Assembly (NCBI GenBank): GCA_963805315.1
Contig: CAWDTQ010000013.1
Coordinates: forward strand, 6,090-70,089
Reading direction: 5' to 3'
DNA length: 64,000 nt
Source: an uncultured delta proteobacterium
GTDB lineage: Bacteria > Desulfobacterota > Binatia > Binatales > Binataceae
The translations under genes were made by a program, and so were the position numbers. Below are positions 20,177 through 31,769 of this stretch, piece by piece. How positions within the stretch are numbered: position 1 is the first letter of the stretch; every line of letters begins with the position of its first letter. The notes below the pieces were generated by a model that had not been told where the DNA came from, did no database searches, and saw only the letters and a program-made list of their open reading frames with translations.

Positions 20177-21082
20177 TCATTTCACCGAAACCATCTCGTC
20201 GGCGCCCAGCTCGACCGCGCCGCTGAAAACTTCGACGGCGTTGCCGGTCATGAAAACGTGATTCGCATCGGGACCGTCGGCGCGCCATTCGATTTCAAGA
20301 TTTCCGCCGCGCAACTCGACTGTCGCGGTCCGCTCGGAGTGATTTGTCAGCACCGCCGCCACCAGCGCCGCGCATGCCCCGGTGCCGCATGCCCATGTCT
20401 CGCCCGAGCCGCGCTCCCACACGCGCATCCTGAGCTTGTGGCGCGAAATCGGCAGGATGAACTCGGTGTTGACGCGGCGCGGAAAGAACGGGTGATGCTC
20501 GAACTCGCGGCCCAGCGCGGCGAAATCGCGATCCTGCAGCTTGAATACGCCGTCATCGGCAACAAACATGACGCAGTGCGGATTACCCATCGAGACCGCC
20601 GTGATCGACTCGCGCCGGCCCGCGACTTCCAGCGGGTAGTCGACGATCCGACCGTCGGCATTGACCGGGATGTCGCGGCCTTCGAGTATCGGCTCGCCCA
20701 TATCTACCGTCGCGCCAACCACGCGGCGTCCTTCAAGCCGCAGCTCGACGGTCTTGAGCCCCGCGTCGGTCTCGACGACCATCGGATTTGCGCGCACGAG
20801 GCCGCGCTCGAACGCGAGCCGCGCAAGACATCGGATTCCGTTGCCGCACATGTCGCCGCGGCTGCCGTCCGCGTTGTACATCTCCATTCGTATGTCGGCG
20901 TTGCCCGACGGTGCGAGCATGATCAGACCGTCGCCGCCGATGCCAAAATGTCGGTCAGAAAGTTTGACCGAGAGCGCGGACGGATCGGCGGGACGCGCGC
21001 GCATCGCGACTATATAGACATAGTCGTTGCCGCTGCCGTGCATCTTTGTGAATTCGAGCGTTGCCATTGCACTGCCACTCAC
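20177..21082 (-). CDS. dapF: Diaminopimelate epimerase
   Basis: Both catalytic Cys motifs are present (GNGIRC and GTGACA). GTG start overlaps the lysA stop. An alternative ATG lies at 21067. Confidence 0.85.
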   Translation of the reverse strand: MSGSAMATLEFTKMHGSGNDYVYIVAMRARPADPSALSVKLSDRHFGIGGDGLIMLAPSGNADIRMEMYNADGSRGDMCGNGIRCLARLAFERGLVRANPMVVETDAGLKTVELRLEGRRVVGATVDMGEPILEGRDIPVNADGRIVDYPLEVAGRRESITAVSMGNPHCVMFVADDGVFKLQDRDFAALGREFEHHPFFPRRVNTEFILPISRHKLRMRVWERGSGETWACGTGACAALVAAVLTNHSERTATVELRGGNLEIEWRADGPDANHVFMTGNAVEVFSGAVELGADEMVSVK

Positions 21083-22338
21083 GCCGGCTTGAGCGTGACG
21101 ATATGCTCGCCGCGAATCTGGTCTTCGAAACTATCGCGGTCGCGAATCACGTGAACGTCGGAGCCGTCGACGAGAATCTCGGGCGCGCGCGGACGGCTGT
21201 TGTAGTTCGACGACATGACGAACCCGTAGGCGCCCGCGCTCATCACCGCGAGCAGGTCGCCCTCCTCGGGCTCGGCCATCTCGCGCTCGCGCGCGAAGAA
21301 ATCGCCGCTCTCGCAAACCGGACCGACGATATCCGCCGTCACGGTCTTGCCCGGCTTGCGGCGATCGACGGGAACGATCTCGTGATACGCCTCGTAGAGC
21401 ACGGGACGAATCAAATCGTTCATCGCGCCGTCGATCACGACGAAGCGCTTCACGTCGGTCTGCTTGTTGTAGAGCACTCGCGTCACCAACACACCCGCAT
21501 TGCCGACCATCACGCGTCCCGGCTCGGTGATTATTTTCAACCCGAGGCCCGCGATCGGCTTCAGCAGCGCGTGCGCGTATTCCGAGGGGGGCGGCGGCTG
21601 CTCCTGGTACGGGATTCCGAGACCGCCGCCGAGATCCAGGTACTTCAGCGCGATCCCCACGCTGCGCAGCCGCCCGACAATCGCCGCGACTTTCCGTCCC
21701 GCTTCGGCAAACGGCGCCATCTCGGTTATCTGCGAGCCGATATGCGTGCTCAGTCCGACTATTTCGAGCTGCGCCAGCGCGCTCGCTTCGGCGTAATATT
21801 CGTCCACCTGCGAGAGCGGCACGCCGAACTTGCTGTCGCGATGGCCGGTCGAGATGTGCGGATGCGTGCCCGGATCGAGATCGGGATTCACCCGCAGGCT
21901 GACGGGCGCGCGACGTTTCATCCTGCCCGCGACTTCGGCCACGCGATGCAGTTCCGGGCGCGACTCGACGTTGATCATCAGGATGCCGGCTTCCAGAGCC
22001 GCCGCAATCTCTTCGTCTGTCTTGCCGACGCCGGAGAATACGATCTTGCGCGGATCCGCGCCGATTCGCAGGCATCGCATCAGCTCTCCGACGGAGACGA
22101 TATCGAATCCCGCGCCCATTGAGGCGAACAATTTCAGGATGCTCAGATTCGAGAGCGCCTTCATCGCGTAGCAGATCAGATGGTCGGTGCCGGCGAACGC
22201 CTCGTCGAAGACCCGGAAATGCCGCCGCAGCGTGCGCGCGCTGTAGACGAAAAACGGCGTATTGATTCGCCGCGCCAGGTCGGCGATCGGCACATCTTCC
22301 GCATATAGCTGGTCGTTGCGGTATTCGAAGTAGTTCAT
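21079..22338 (-). CDS. lysA: Diaminopimelate decarboxylase
   Basis: PLP-dependent decarboxylase motifs are present (YAMKA, GGGLGIPY, ESGD). Start taken at MNYFEYRND. Confidence 0.9.
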   Translation of the reverse strand: MNYFEYRNDQLYAEDVPIADLARRINTPFFVYSARTLRRHFRVFDEAFAGTDHLICYAMKALSNLSILKLFASMGAGFDIVSVGELMRCLRIGADPRKIVFSGVGKTDEEIAAALEAGILMINVESRPELHRVAEVAGRMKRRAPVSLRVNPDLDPGTHPHISTGHRDSKFGVPLSQVDEYYAEASALAQLEIVGLSTHIGSQITEMAPFAEAGRKVAAIVGRLRSVGIALKYLDLGGGLGIPYQEQPPPPSEYAHALLKPIAGLGLKIITEPGRVMVGNAGVLVTRVLYNKQTDVKRFVVIDGAMNDLIRPVLYEAYHEIVPVDRRKPGKTVTADIVGPVCESGDFFAREREMAEPEEGDLLAVMSAGAYGFVMSSNYNSRPRAPEILVDGSDVHVIRDRDSFEDQIRGEHIVTLKPA

Positions 22339-22514
22339 TGCGATGGACAGTGGAAAATCGTTTCTATCATAGCGCGGCTGGACGAATAAAACGGCTCCCG
22401 CGCGGGATCGCCGCACTTGGGATCGCCATTCGTCCATGCGATTCTAGCTGCGTGCCCAGAGGACCGCGAGGCGAGGTACGTCCGGCAGAGGCGAGCAGAA
22501 TCGCCGCGCCATTC

Positions 22515-25106
22515 ATGCGAATCGTGATTACGTTGTCGCTCGCGCTCGTACTTCTGGGCACGACGGTACGAGCAGGGGATTCTCGGCACGATGATTCTTC
22601 GCGGCGCCACGTCTCCGCGCTAATCGCCTTGCTGCGCAGTGCTGATCCGCAGACCCGCCGCAACGCCGCCAGCGCGCTCTCGAGGGTCAAGCCCCTTCCG
22701 CCCGACGCGATTCCGGCCGTCACCCAGGCGCTCAAGGATTCCGACTCGACCGTGCAAGCCTTCGCGGTACGGGCGCTGGCCAACGCCGGCGCCGCCGGAA
22801 TTCCCGCGTTGAAGGCGCTGCTGGAAGACAAGGAACCGCGGAACCTCTACGCTCGCCGCGAGGCCATCCGTGACCTAGGCCGCATCGCAAAGGAGGAGCC
22901 GGCGACTTGGCCGGTTCTCGTCGGCGCTTTCGACGATCCTAATCTTCAGCAGTGGCCGGTCCTTCTCGATGCTTTCACCGATCCGGCTGAGGATCACCAC
23001 GAGTTCCCATCGATAGAACTCGCGAACATCGGCGCGCCGGTGGTGCCGATGCTGCGCCGCGCCCTGTTGGACAAGACTCTCGTGGTGCGGCGTGGAGCGG
23101 TCGCAGCTCTCCAGATGGCTCCCGGAACCGCCAAGGATGCGACTCCGGAGCTCATCGCCACCTTAAACGATTCCGACCCGAGCGTGCGCGAGCTGGCCGC
23201 AATGGATCTCGGCCGGATCGGGGCACCCGCCCGTAGCGCGCTTCCGGCGCTTGCGACGGCCTTGAGCGATCCGCGAGTCGGCTACGAGGCCGCGGTGGCG
23301 ATGGCCAGGATCGACCCGACCGATAAGGCGCCGGTCCCGACTCTGATCGACGCGCTCGAGCACGAGGGGCTCTCTATGCAGCAGATGGACGCGGTCGCCG
23401 CTTTGGCCACGATGGGCAGCAACGCGCGGGCCGCTATTCCGGCTCTTGAACACGTGTTCGCCGCCGGCCCCTATAGCCGCCCTCGCGCCGAGATCGCCAA
23501 GGCGCTCGGATCGATCGCGGGAGTGGACGCCGTACCGGTGCTGACTGAGGCTATGAACGAAGACAAGGACGCGGAGATCCGTCTGGAGGCAATGAATGCG
23601 ATCGCGGCAATGGGACCCGGGGCGACGGTTGCGATTCCCGCATTGGTTCGCGCTCTGAGCGATCCCGATCGAAATGTACGTGAGGCCGCCGCCGATACAC
23701 TCGCCGCTTTCGGCGATCGCGCCAAACCGGCGCTGCTTACGGCGCTGCATAGTCCTGATCTCTACACGCGCGAAGAGGCGATACGAGCGCTCGGCAAAGC
23801 AAAGCCGCTCCCCGACGATGTGGCGCGTGCGCTGAGCGCGGCTGCGTACGACGATAAGAGCGCCAGTGTCCGGTATGATGCGGCGAGCGCTCTTGATCGG
23901 GCAGGAGTCAAACCGGAGCGCGCGCAATGGGGCCAGGTTGAGCAGGACAGCTCCGAGGCAATGTCCGAGTCTCCGGAGGCCGATAGCAAGCGAATGTATC
24001 GCAGGCAGGAGGTTCTCGCGGACATCCCTCCCGACAACAATTCCGAGTACCCACTACAGCTGATCCATTTGCTGACATTGAACGGCGGGAAGATGCTGGC
24101 CGCGGTGTATCGTGGGAAGGACCAATCGGACCGCCTGATTTTCTGGAGGGAATGCGGCAACGACTGCTACCGGCAAGTGCAGGTGAACGATGCGGGTGAG
24201 AGCGTCGGCGGAGGCACCTTCGATCCTCCCAGGGAGATTTTCATCTCAGGTGCGCAGTACGTCGGCGTTGGTGAGAACGTGTGGCGTAACAGTTGGGTCG
24301 ATTTCTTCAGAATCGCCGGCGACGAGGTACGGCCAACCGAAATCAAGCCGCCCGAGCAATGGTATAGCGACAAGCTGCAGCCGGGAGGGGAAATCGCAAA
24401 TCAGTCTGAGAGCGGGCTCTCCAATGTCGACACGAACCGGCTCTACCGCAGGCAGGACATCGTGGCGGACATCGCGCCCGAAAACAATCAGGGGCATCCA
24501 TTACGGCTGGTCTATCTACACTCATTCTACGGAACGCAGATGCTCGCCGCGGTGTATCGCGGGCCAGGCCAGGCGGACCGGCTGATTTTCTGGAAGCAAT
24601 CCGGCAAAGATAGTTACCAGCAAATGCGAGTGATCGATGCGGGTCCCAACCAGGGAGGTGGCACGTTCGATCCTCCCAAGGAGATTAACCTCGTTCCGGG
24701 CGGGTGGTTAGAGGATGTTGGCGTGAAGGTGCAGCGTGCCCGTTGGGACGATTTATTCGCGGAGGGCAAAGAGCTGCGGCCGGTCGAAATCGAGTCGCCC
24801 GAGGAATGGTATAGCTACAGGCTGCAGCCGGGAGAAGAGATCGTAGGTCCATCCGAGAGCTGGTTCTTCAATGGCGAGGCGAGGTTCAGCTTAGATGTGC
24901 GCGGCGGAGGAAGGACGAAGCGCGTGGCCGGCACGTACGTAGCGCAGGAGCAGATGGCGCCTGGAATGCCGCCACGCGGCGCGGCGGCGGGCATGGTCCC
25001 CCTTTCTCTCGGCATTCCCATAGGCTCCCCTATCATCTCATCGGGAAACGTCGTCCTGGAGCTCGTCCCCAACAGCGCGCGGATTGAGCCACTCCGATCG
25101 CACTGA
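22515..25106 (+). CDS. Secreted HEAT-repeat (PBS-lyase type) protein with a tandemly duplicated ~145-aa C-terminal domain of unknown function
   Basis: Signal peptide MRIVITLSLALVLLGTTVRAG. Multiple HEAT-like repeats (R.EA..ALG.I ...). Two homologous C-terminal modules at about 23990-24425 and 24437-24880 (YRRQ.(V/I)(L/V)ADI.P.NN ... LIFW ... GGGTFDPP.EI). Confidence 0.6.
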   Translation: MRIVITLSLALVLLGTTVRAGDSRHDDSSRRHVSALIALLRSADPQTRRNAASALSRVKPLPPDAIPAVTQALKDSDSTVQAFAVRALANAGAAGIPALKALLEDKEPRNLYARREAIRDLGRIAKEEPATWPVLVGAFDDPNLQQWPVLLDAFTDPAEDHHEFPSIELANIGAPVVPMLRRALLDKTLVVRRGAVAALQMAPGTAKDATPELIATLNDSDPSVRELAAMDLGRIGAPARSALPALATALSDPRVGYEAAVAMARIDPTDKAPVPTLIDALEHEGLSMQQMDAVAALATMGSNARAAIPALEHVFAAGPYSRPRAEIAKALGSIAGVDAVPVLTEAMNEDKDAEIRLEAMNAIAAMGPGATVAIPALVRALSDPDRNVREAAADTLAAFGDRAKPALLTALHSPDLYTREEAIRALGKAKPLPDDVARALSAAAYDDKSASVRYDAASALDRAGVKPERAQWGQVEQDSSEAMSESPEADSKRMYRRQEVLADIPPDNNSEYPLQLIHLLTLNGGKMLAAVYRGKDQSDRLIFWRECGNDCYRQVQVNDAGESVGGGTFDPPREIFISGAQYVGVGENVWRNSWVDFFRIAGDEVRPTEIKPPEQWYSDKLQPGGEIANQSESGLSNVDTNRLYRRQDIVADIAPENNQGHPLRLVYLHSFYGTQMLAAVYRGPGQADRLIFWKQSGKDSYQQMRVIDAGPNQGGGTFDPPKEINLVPGGWLEDVGVKVQRARWDDLFAEGKELRPVEIESPEEWYSYRLQPGEEIVGPSESWFFNGEARFSLDVRGGGRTKRVAGTYVAQEQMAPGMPPRGAAAGMVPLSLGIPIGSPIISSGNVVLELVPNSARIEPLRSH

Positions 25107-25195
25107 CGTTTTGAAGACAGAGATTCCGTCTTGGATCCTTAAGCGGCGCCCACCGAATAAAACGCGCGCTGCCGCAGTTCTGCTCGCGCGCGATG

Positions 25196-25702
25196 CTATT
25201 GGAGCGGAACCGGCGTCGGGACCACGAAAGTGTCGGGATTCGGCGGAGCCGATGCGGCTCTGCGCACTATCATAACATCGTTGGACGGTTCGCTGACGTA
25301 GCCGTCGGTGGTGTTGGAAGTCACCTCGTAGTGATAGGTCTTGCCCATGATAGTATCGCCGTCGATGAAGGTGAACGTGCGTTGCACCTGGAATCTTCCC
25401 TCGTCATGCACCTGGAGATCGCCAATTTTTTCAGGCGGCTTGCCTTCCTGCGCGCGGGTGATGGTGAAGCCGCCGAGGTCCTTCATTTTTGCGCCACCGG
25501 CGTAGTTATCGGGGCGATCCCATGTCAGCCTAATTCCCTCTTTCGCGTTGGCGGCCTCGAGTCCGAGGATTTTCTCGGGACGCGCCGCCTCCGGCGGTAT
25601 CGGCTGTGACTTCACACCGCATCCGAGGAACACGACGTTCGCAAACGCTGCCGCCGCGAGCACGAGCGTAAGCCAGTTCGCGCGGTTGGTGTACAGATTC
25701 AT
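25196..25702 (-). CDS. Hypothetical lipoprotein
   Basis: Signal peptide plus lipobox (FLGCG). 168 aa. Confidence 0.45.
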   Translation of the reverse strand: MNLYTNRANWLTLVLAAAAFANVVFLGCGVKSQPIPPEAARPEKILGLEAANAKEGIRLTWDRPDNYAGGAKMKDLGGFTITRAQEGKPPEKIGDLQVHDEGRFQVQRTFTFIDGDTIMGKTYHYEVTSNTTDGYVSEPSNDVMIVRRAASAPPNPDTFVVPTPVPLQ

Positions 25703-27100
25703 CGACGTCGAAGCTCCTTGAGGCGGCGCTTGACCGTGGACGGCGCGGGGCCGCCCTCGATCGTGCGCCGCGCGACCGAGTTTTCGGCTCTAAGAATCGC
25801 GATCGCGTCGGCGCCGAACGCGCTGGAATGCCGTCTCAACTCCGCGATGCTCAAATCCTCGAGCGACTTCCCTGCTTCGGCCGTCTCGCGGACCATAGTG
25901 CCGACGATTTCATGCGCCTGGCGAAACGCGGTGCCGCGACCGACCAGGTATTCCGCCAGATCCGTCGCCAGCGAAAATCCTCCCGCCGCCGCGCGCATGC
26001 GTTTCGCGTCGAATCGCAGCTTCGGCCACAACTTCGCCATCAGATCGAGCGCGGGCTTCAGCGCGTCGAGCGCATCGAACACGCGTTCCTTGTCTTCCTG
26101 CAAGTCCGAGTTATAGGCAAGCGGGATGCCCTTCAACACCGTCAACATCGCGACCAGGTCGCCGATGACGCGGCCGGTCTTGCCGCGGATCAGTTCGAGC
26201 AGGTCGGGATTCTTTTTCTGCGGCATCATCGAGCTGCCGGTCGAGAATTCGTCGGGCAGCAACGCGAAACCAAACTCGGTGCTCGTCCATAGAATAATTT
26301 CTTCGCTCATCCGCGACAGATGCACCTGCGTGAGGGCGGCGGCCGAAAGAAAATCCACGACGAAGTCCCGATCCGACACCGCGTCCATGCTGTTGGCGGC
26401 AATCGCCTTGAAGCCCAACGCCCGCGCGACCATCCTGCCGGTCCAGCGGCAGCGTCGTCCCCGCCAAAGCTCCCGCGCCCAGCGGCATGACCGCGGTGCG
26501 CGCCGCCGCTTGCTCGAAGCGCTCGCGATCCCGGCTGAGCATCTCGACGTATGCGAGCAAATGATGCGCGAGCGTGACCGGCTGCGCGCGCTGCAAATGC
26601 GTGTAGCCGGGCATGATCGTCGCTATGTGGCGCCTGGCTAGCCGAATGAGGACCGCGCGCAACTCGACGACCAGCGCGATCACGCCGTCAATCTCGTCGC
26701 GGAGATATAGCCGCATGTCGAGCGCGACCTGGTCGTTGCGCGAACGCCCGGTGTGGAGCTTGCGTCCCGGCTCGCCAATCAGCGCGATCAGCCGGCGCTC
26801 GATCGCGAGGTGGATGTCTTCGTCGGCGATATCGAACTTGAATCGTCCGCGAGCGATTTCAGTTTCGATGCGCTCGAGGCCGCCAACGATTGCGCGCATC
26901 TCGCTCGCGCGCAACAGCCCGACCTTCGCGAGCATCTGCGCATGCGCGATCGAGCCGCGAATATCGTGGCGAAAAAGCCGGCGGTCGAAAGGCAAAGACG
27001 CGGTAAATGCCTCGACTTCGGGGATACGGCCTCGAGCAAATCTTCCGCGAATGAGATTGTGCGCGGCGTTGACGCTTTTCTTCTGGCGACGCCCTTTCAC
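25699..27100 (-). CDS. argH: Argininosuccinate lyase (frameshift near 26440 in this assembly)
   Basis: ORF 26111..27193 carries N-terminal fumarate-lyase motifs (GRSRNDQV). ORF 25699..26433 carries the C-terminal half (GSSMMPQKKNPD). Start is GTG at 27100. Confidence 0.85.
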
Positions 27101-27334
27101 TTTCTCACGGTGTGCCGGGCAGGCTGGCCCGCAGTGGGCAGTGGAAAAATCAATTGAGGGGCCGCAATTGGCAGGAGCATCCGCGCGCCGCACAACTCAT
27201 CGAACCGTCGGGATGGGTAATATGAACATCCATCTTGTGATGGCAGTGATCGCAATCTCCCGTGCGAGGAGGACGGGGCACGAGCTTGGGCTGCGTTCGC
27301 GGCGGCTTGAACTGGATGACCTTGCCCAACTCGA

Positions 27335-28553
27335 TCAACCCTTCTTGCTCGCACGAGCCAGCGCTCGAAGCCTCAGGCCCGCGAGCCTGATCAATCCGTC
27401 GGCGTCCGCCTGGTTGTAGCCACCCGCTTCCTCGAAGCTCGCGATCTTCGGGTCGTAGAGCGAATTCGGCGATTTGCGGCCGGCGATCCATACGCCGCCC
27501 TTGAAAAGCTTCAGCCGCGCGACTCCGTTCACGTTTTTCTGCGTATCGTCCACCAGCGCCTGCAGCGCCTCACGCTCGGGCGCAAACCAATATCCGTAAT
27601 ACACCATTTCCGCGTAGCGTGGGATAAGCGAGTCGCGCAGATGCATCACCTCGCGATCCAGAGTGAGCTGCTCGACGGCGCGATGCCCGTGGAAAAGAAT
27701 CGTCACGCCGGGCGTTTCATAAACTCCGCGCGATTTGATCCCGACGTAGCGATTCTCGACCAGATCAACGCGGCCGATCCCGTGGCGTCCCGCAATTTCG
27801 TTGGCGCGCTCGATGATCCGCGCGGGCGCGAGCCGCTCGCCGTTGATCGCGACGGGATTGCCGGCGGCGTATTCGATTTCGACATACTCCGGCTTGTCGG
27901 GCGCATCTTCGGCGGAGACCGTCATGCGGAACATATCATTGTAAGGCTCGCGCCACGGGTCTTCGAGGATACCGCCCTCGTAGCTGACATGGACGAGGTT
28001 GCGATCCATCGAGTACGGCTTCTCGGTGGTCACGGTCAGTGGAATTTTCTTTTCGTTGGCGTACGCGATCATGTCGGCGCGGCCTTTGAACGGCCAATCG
28101 GTTCGACGCCACGGCGCGATGATCTTCAGATCCGGAGCGAGCCGCGCAAACGTCAGCTCGAATCGCACCTGGTCGTTGCCCTTGCCGGTGCATCCGTGAG
28201 CGACGGCGTCGGCGCCTTTCGGCGCGCGCAATCTCGACCTGCTTCTTGGCGATCACCGGCCGCGCGATCGACGTGCCGAGCAGGTAATAGCCCTCGTACA
28301 CGGCATTCGCGCGCAGCATCGGGAACACGAAGTCGCGCGCGAATTCCTCGCGCAGATCTATGATATGAAGTTTGCTCGCGCCGGTCTTGAGCGCCTTCTC
28401 TTCAAGGCCGTCGGTCTCGTCGCCCTGACCGACGTCGGCGCAGTACGCGATCACCTCGCATCCGAACTGATCCTTGATCCAGCGCAGGATGACCGACGTA
28501 TCGAGTCCGCCCGAGTAAGCGAGCACCAGTTTTTTTATTTTCTCGCTTGCCAC
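27335..28553 (-). CDS. argG: Argininosuccinate synthase (one-base insertion near 28228 in a GC-repeat)
   Basis: N-terminal [20 protein letters not shown]. The remainder ([21 protein letters not shown] ...) is in another frame. The junction reads cctttcGgcgcgcgc where the protein requires cctttcgcgcgcgc. Confidence 0.9.
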
Positions 28554-29524
28554 GATTCTACGGCATTAGCCCCCGCCGGCGAAGTCTGCAAAATTTCAGG
28601 ACGTATCAGCCAGACCATCACCGCCTTCTGCGCATGCAGCCGATTCTCGGCCTGGTCGAGCACCACGGAGCGCGGCCCGTCGATCACATCGTCGGTGATT
28701 TCCTCGCCGCGATGCGCCGGCAGACAATGCATCACGATCGCGCCCTTGCGCGCATTCTTCAGCAGCGCGTCGTTGACCTGGAAGCCCTTGAAGTCGCGCC
28801 GGCGCTGGGCAGCTTCCTTCTCACGACCCATCGAAGTCCACGTGTCGGTGTAAACGACGTCGGCGTCCTTCACCGCCTCTGCCGGATCGTCAGTGAGCGT
28901 GCCGATTTCTTCGTTGCGCAGGCGACTCATGAACGCCTTCTCGGGCTCGTAGCCTTTCGGGCAGGCGAGCCGAAGCTCGAAACCCGCGAGTGCGGCCGCC
29001 TCGATCCAGCTCTGCGCGAGATTGAAGCCGTCGCCGACGAACGCGACGCGCACTTTGCTGAGGTCGCGACCGAAACGTTCCTGTAGCGTCATCAGATCGG
29101 CAAGCAACTGGCACGGATGCAGCAAGTCGGTGAGCCCATTGATGACGGGCACGGTCGCCTCGCGCGCAAGCTCAACCGCGGTCTCATGCGAGAACGTGCG
29201 AATCATGATTAAATCCACGGAGCGTGAAATGTTGCGCGCAACATCCTTAACCGATTCGCGCTCTCCGATACCGATATCATTCGGCGCGAGATAAATCGCA
29301 TGCCCGCCAAGCTGCGCCATGCCGGTCTCGAACGTGACGCGCGTCCGCAAGGAAGGCTTTTGAAAAACCATCGCGAGCGTCCGGCCGCGCAGGTACGGAT
29401 GCTCGAGTCCAATCTTGAGCTCGGATTTGAGCCGCGCGCCAAGCGCAAGCAGCCCGCTCAGCTCAGCGGGCGAAAGCGAGCTGAGGTCGAGAAAGTCGCG
29501 CTTCATCTGTGCGCCGCGGCTCAT
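28535..29524 (-). CDS. argF: Ornithine carbamoyltransferase
   Basis: Motifs STRTR, HPCQ and HCLP are present. The start overlaps the argD stop (ATGA). The ORF-track 709-aa ORF is an upstream read-through artefact. Confidence 0.85.
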   Translation of the reverse strand: MSRGAQMKRDFLDLSSLSPAELSGLLALGARLKSELKIGLEHPYLRGRTLAMVFQKPSLRTRVTFETGMAQLGGHAIYLAPNDIGIGERESVKDVARNISRSVDLIMIRTFSHETAVELAREATVPVINGLTDLLHPCQLLADLMTLQERFGRDLSKVRVAFVGDGFNLAQSWIEAAALAGFELRLACPKGYEPEKAFMSRLRNEEIGTLTDDPAEAVKDADVVYTDTWTSMGREKEAAQRRRDFKGFQVNDALLKNARKGAIVMHCLPAHRGEEITDDVIDGPRSVVLDQAENRLHAQKAVMVWLIRPEILQTSPAGANAVESWQARK

Positions 29525-30720
29525 TTTGGAATCGGCGCGTTCTTGAATGCGCTCTCGATAATCTCGAGACCGGTGTCTGCCTCCTCGCGCGTAAGGTTCA
29601 GCGGCGGCAGCAGCCGCAGCACGTTGCCCGCGGTGCCGTTGACCAGCAGCCGATTCTTGAGACACTCCTCGACGATCGGACGCGCGTCGTGCTTGAGCAC
29701 CGCGCCGATGATCATGCCGAGTCCGCGAACTTCGACGATTCGATCGCACGAGCGCGCAAATTTGCCGAGCCGCTCGAGCATATAGGCGCCGACGCTCGCC
29801 GCGTTCTCCAGCACGCCGTCCTGCTCGAGCGCGTCGATCACCGCAACCGCCGCCGCGCACGCCACGGGATTTCCGCCGAAGGTGCTGCCGTGACTGCCGG
29901 GCGTGAAGCTCGACGCGATCTCGTTCCGCGCAATCATCGCGCCGATCGGAAGTCCGCCGCCGAGCGCCTTGGCCAGCGTCACGATGTCCGGTTTGACGCC
30001 GACGTGCTCGAACGCGAAGAAGCGCCCGGTGCGGCCCATTCCGGTTTGCACTTCGTCGAGAATCAGCAGTAGCTTGTTGCGATCGCACCAGTCGCGCACT
30101 CGCTTGAGGTAGTCCGCGCGCGGCACAACCACGCCGCCCTCGCCCTGGATCGGTTCGACCATCACGCCGACGGTTTCGTCGCGGCGCGCGCGATCGAGCG
30201 CCGCGAGATCGTCGAACGGCACCATTCTGAAGCCGGGCATCAGCGGCTGAAACCCCTGATGGTATCGCTCCTGGCCGGTCGCGCTCACGGTAGCGAGCGT
30301 GCGTCCGTGGAACGACCCGAGCGTCGTCAAAATCTCGAAACGTCCGCCGCCAACGTTGCTGCCCCATCGCCGCGCGAGCTTTATAGCAGCCTCGTTCGCC
30401 TCGGCCCCGGAGTTTCCTAAAAAGACTTTTCCGTCGCCAAAACGATTCGCCAGCCGCTCGACCAATCTCGCACTCGCTTCGGTGTGAAAGACGTTGGAAA
30501 CGTGCGTGAGTTTTTCCGCCTGCTCCTTGATGGCGCGCACGACGCGCGGATTTCCATGACCGAGACTGGTTACCGCAAGCCCACAGAAAAAATCGAGATA
30601 GCGGTTGCCGTCGGCATCGTAAAGATACGCGCCATGCCCGCGCGCGAACGCGAGCGGCAGGCATCCGTAAACATCGACCATGTTTCGATGCGTGAGTTCT
30701 ATGATCTCGGCGTTGTTCAT
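29521..30720 (-). CDS. argD: Acetylornithine aminotransferase
   Basis: 399 aa class-III aminotransferase with a PLP Lys region ([11 protein letters not shown]). Confidence 0.9.
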   Translation of the reverse strand: MNNAEIIELTHRNMVDVYGCLPLAFARGHGAYLYDADGNRYLDFFCGLAVTSLGHGNPRVVRAIKEQAEKLTHVSNVFHTEASARLVERLANRFGDGKVFLGNSGAEANEAAIKLARRWGSNVGGGRFEILTTLGSFHGRTLATVSATGQERYHQGFQPLMPGFRMVPFDDLAALDRARRDETVGVMVEPIQGEGGVVVPRADYLKRVRDWCDRNKLLLILDEVQTGMGRTGRFFAFEHVGVKPDIVTLAKALGGGLPIGAMIARNEIASSFTPGSHGSTFGGNPVACAAAVAVIDALEQDGVLENAASVGAYMLERLGKFARSCDRIVEVRGLGMIIGAVLKHDARPIVEECLKNRLLVNGTAGNVLRLLPPLNLTREEADTGLEIIESAFKNAPIPK

Positions 30721-31681
30721 CGCGCTTTACCGCCGCTGCCCTCTGCGCTGCGCGCCGCGTCGCCCAAGGCAGACACTTTCGCGCGGCGCTGAACGACTTC
30801 AGTGCCGATTCCCGAGCGGGTGAAAATTTCGAGCAGAACGGCGTGCTTGTTCCGACCGTCGATGATGTGGGTCTTCGCGACGCCCTTGCTCAGCGCCTCG
30901 ATGCAGCATTCGACCTTCGGAATCATTCCTTCGTGAATTATCCCGCGCGCGATCAGCGCCGCGCTTCGGCCGCATCGAGCGTCGAGAGCAGTTTGCCGTC
31001 CTTGTCCTTCACGCCTTCGACGTCGCTCAGCAGGATCAACTTTTCCGCCTTGAGCGCGGCCGCGATCTCGCCTGCCGCCGTGTCGGCATTGATGTTGTAA
31101 GTCTGGCCGTCGCGCCCGAACCCGGTCGGCGCGATCACCGGGATGAAATTGTTCACCTCGAGCGTGCGCAGCAATTCGGGATTAACGCGATCGACTTCGC
31201 CGACCAGCCCGATGTCGACGCGCGAGCGCTTGCCGTTGTCGTCGGTCACGACCATCCGCATTTTGCGCGACCTGATCAGGTCGCCGTCCTTGCCCGAGAG
31301 CCCGACCGCGCGGCCGCCCATGCGCGAAATCGTCGCGACGAGATCCTTGTTGATTCTCTGCAGCACCATCTCGGCCGCTTCCATCGTCGCCGGATCGGTG
31401 ACGCGCATTCCGCGCACGAAGCGCGACTTCAGTCCGAGCTTGCCGATCAGTTCCGTAATCTGCGGCCCGCCGCCGTGCACGATAATCGGGTTGATGCCGA
31501 CCAGGTCGAGCAGCACTACCTCGCGCGCAAAGCTCTCGCGCAGCTCCTCGGTCTGCATCGCGTGCCCGCCGTACTTGATGACGAACGTTTTGCCGCGAAA
31601 GCGCCGGATGTAAGGCAGCGCTTCGATGAGCACGTCGGCTCGATTGTGGATGGTCTCTTTCACGTCCTGAAAAACCCTCAC
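30717..31681 (-). CDS. argB: Acetylglutamate kinase (frameshift near 30940)
   Basis: ORF 30953..31681 carries the N-terminal domain (VIKYGG ... VHGGGPQI). ORF 30717..30926 carries the C-terminal end (KVECCIEAL ... HIIDG). Confidence 0.85.
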
Positions 31682-31769
31682 TGAAAAGGGAAATCAAAAC
31701 AGTAATGCGCGCGCGGTGCAATCCATCGTCCGCGCAGCCGTTAATGCCAGTGTAACGATTGGACGGGAG

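Noticed and set aside
21131-22075. 314-aa ORF antisense to lysA, and the similar 429-aa ORF at 31741..33030 antisense to hslU
   Set aside because: Arg-rich junk composition. Both lie entirely within strongly supported genes on the other strand.
22339-22514. Possible lysine riboswitch in the lysA 5' region (minus strand)
   Set aside because: Read the reverse complement. The conserved L-box elements (GAGGCGC ... core, CUGUCA) are not present.
28535-30664. 709-aa ORF on the minus strand
   Set aside because: Only the last ~330 codons are ornithine carbamoyltransferase. The upstream 380 codons read through argD in a wrong frame and have junk composition.
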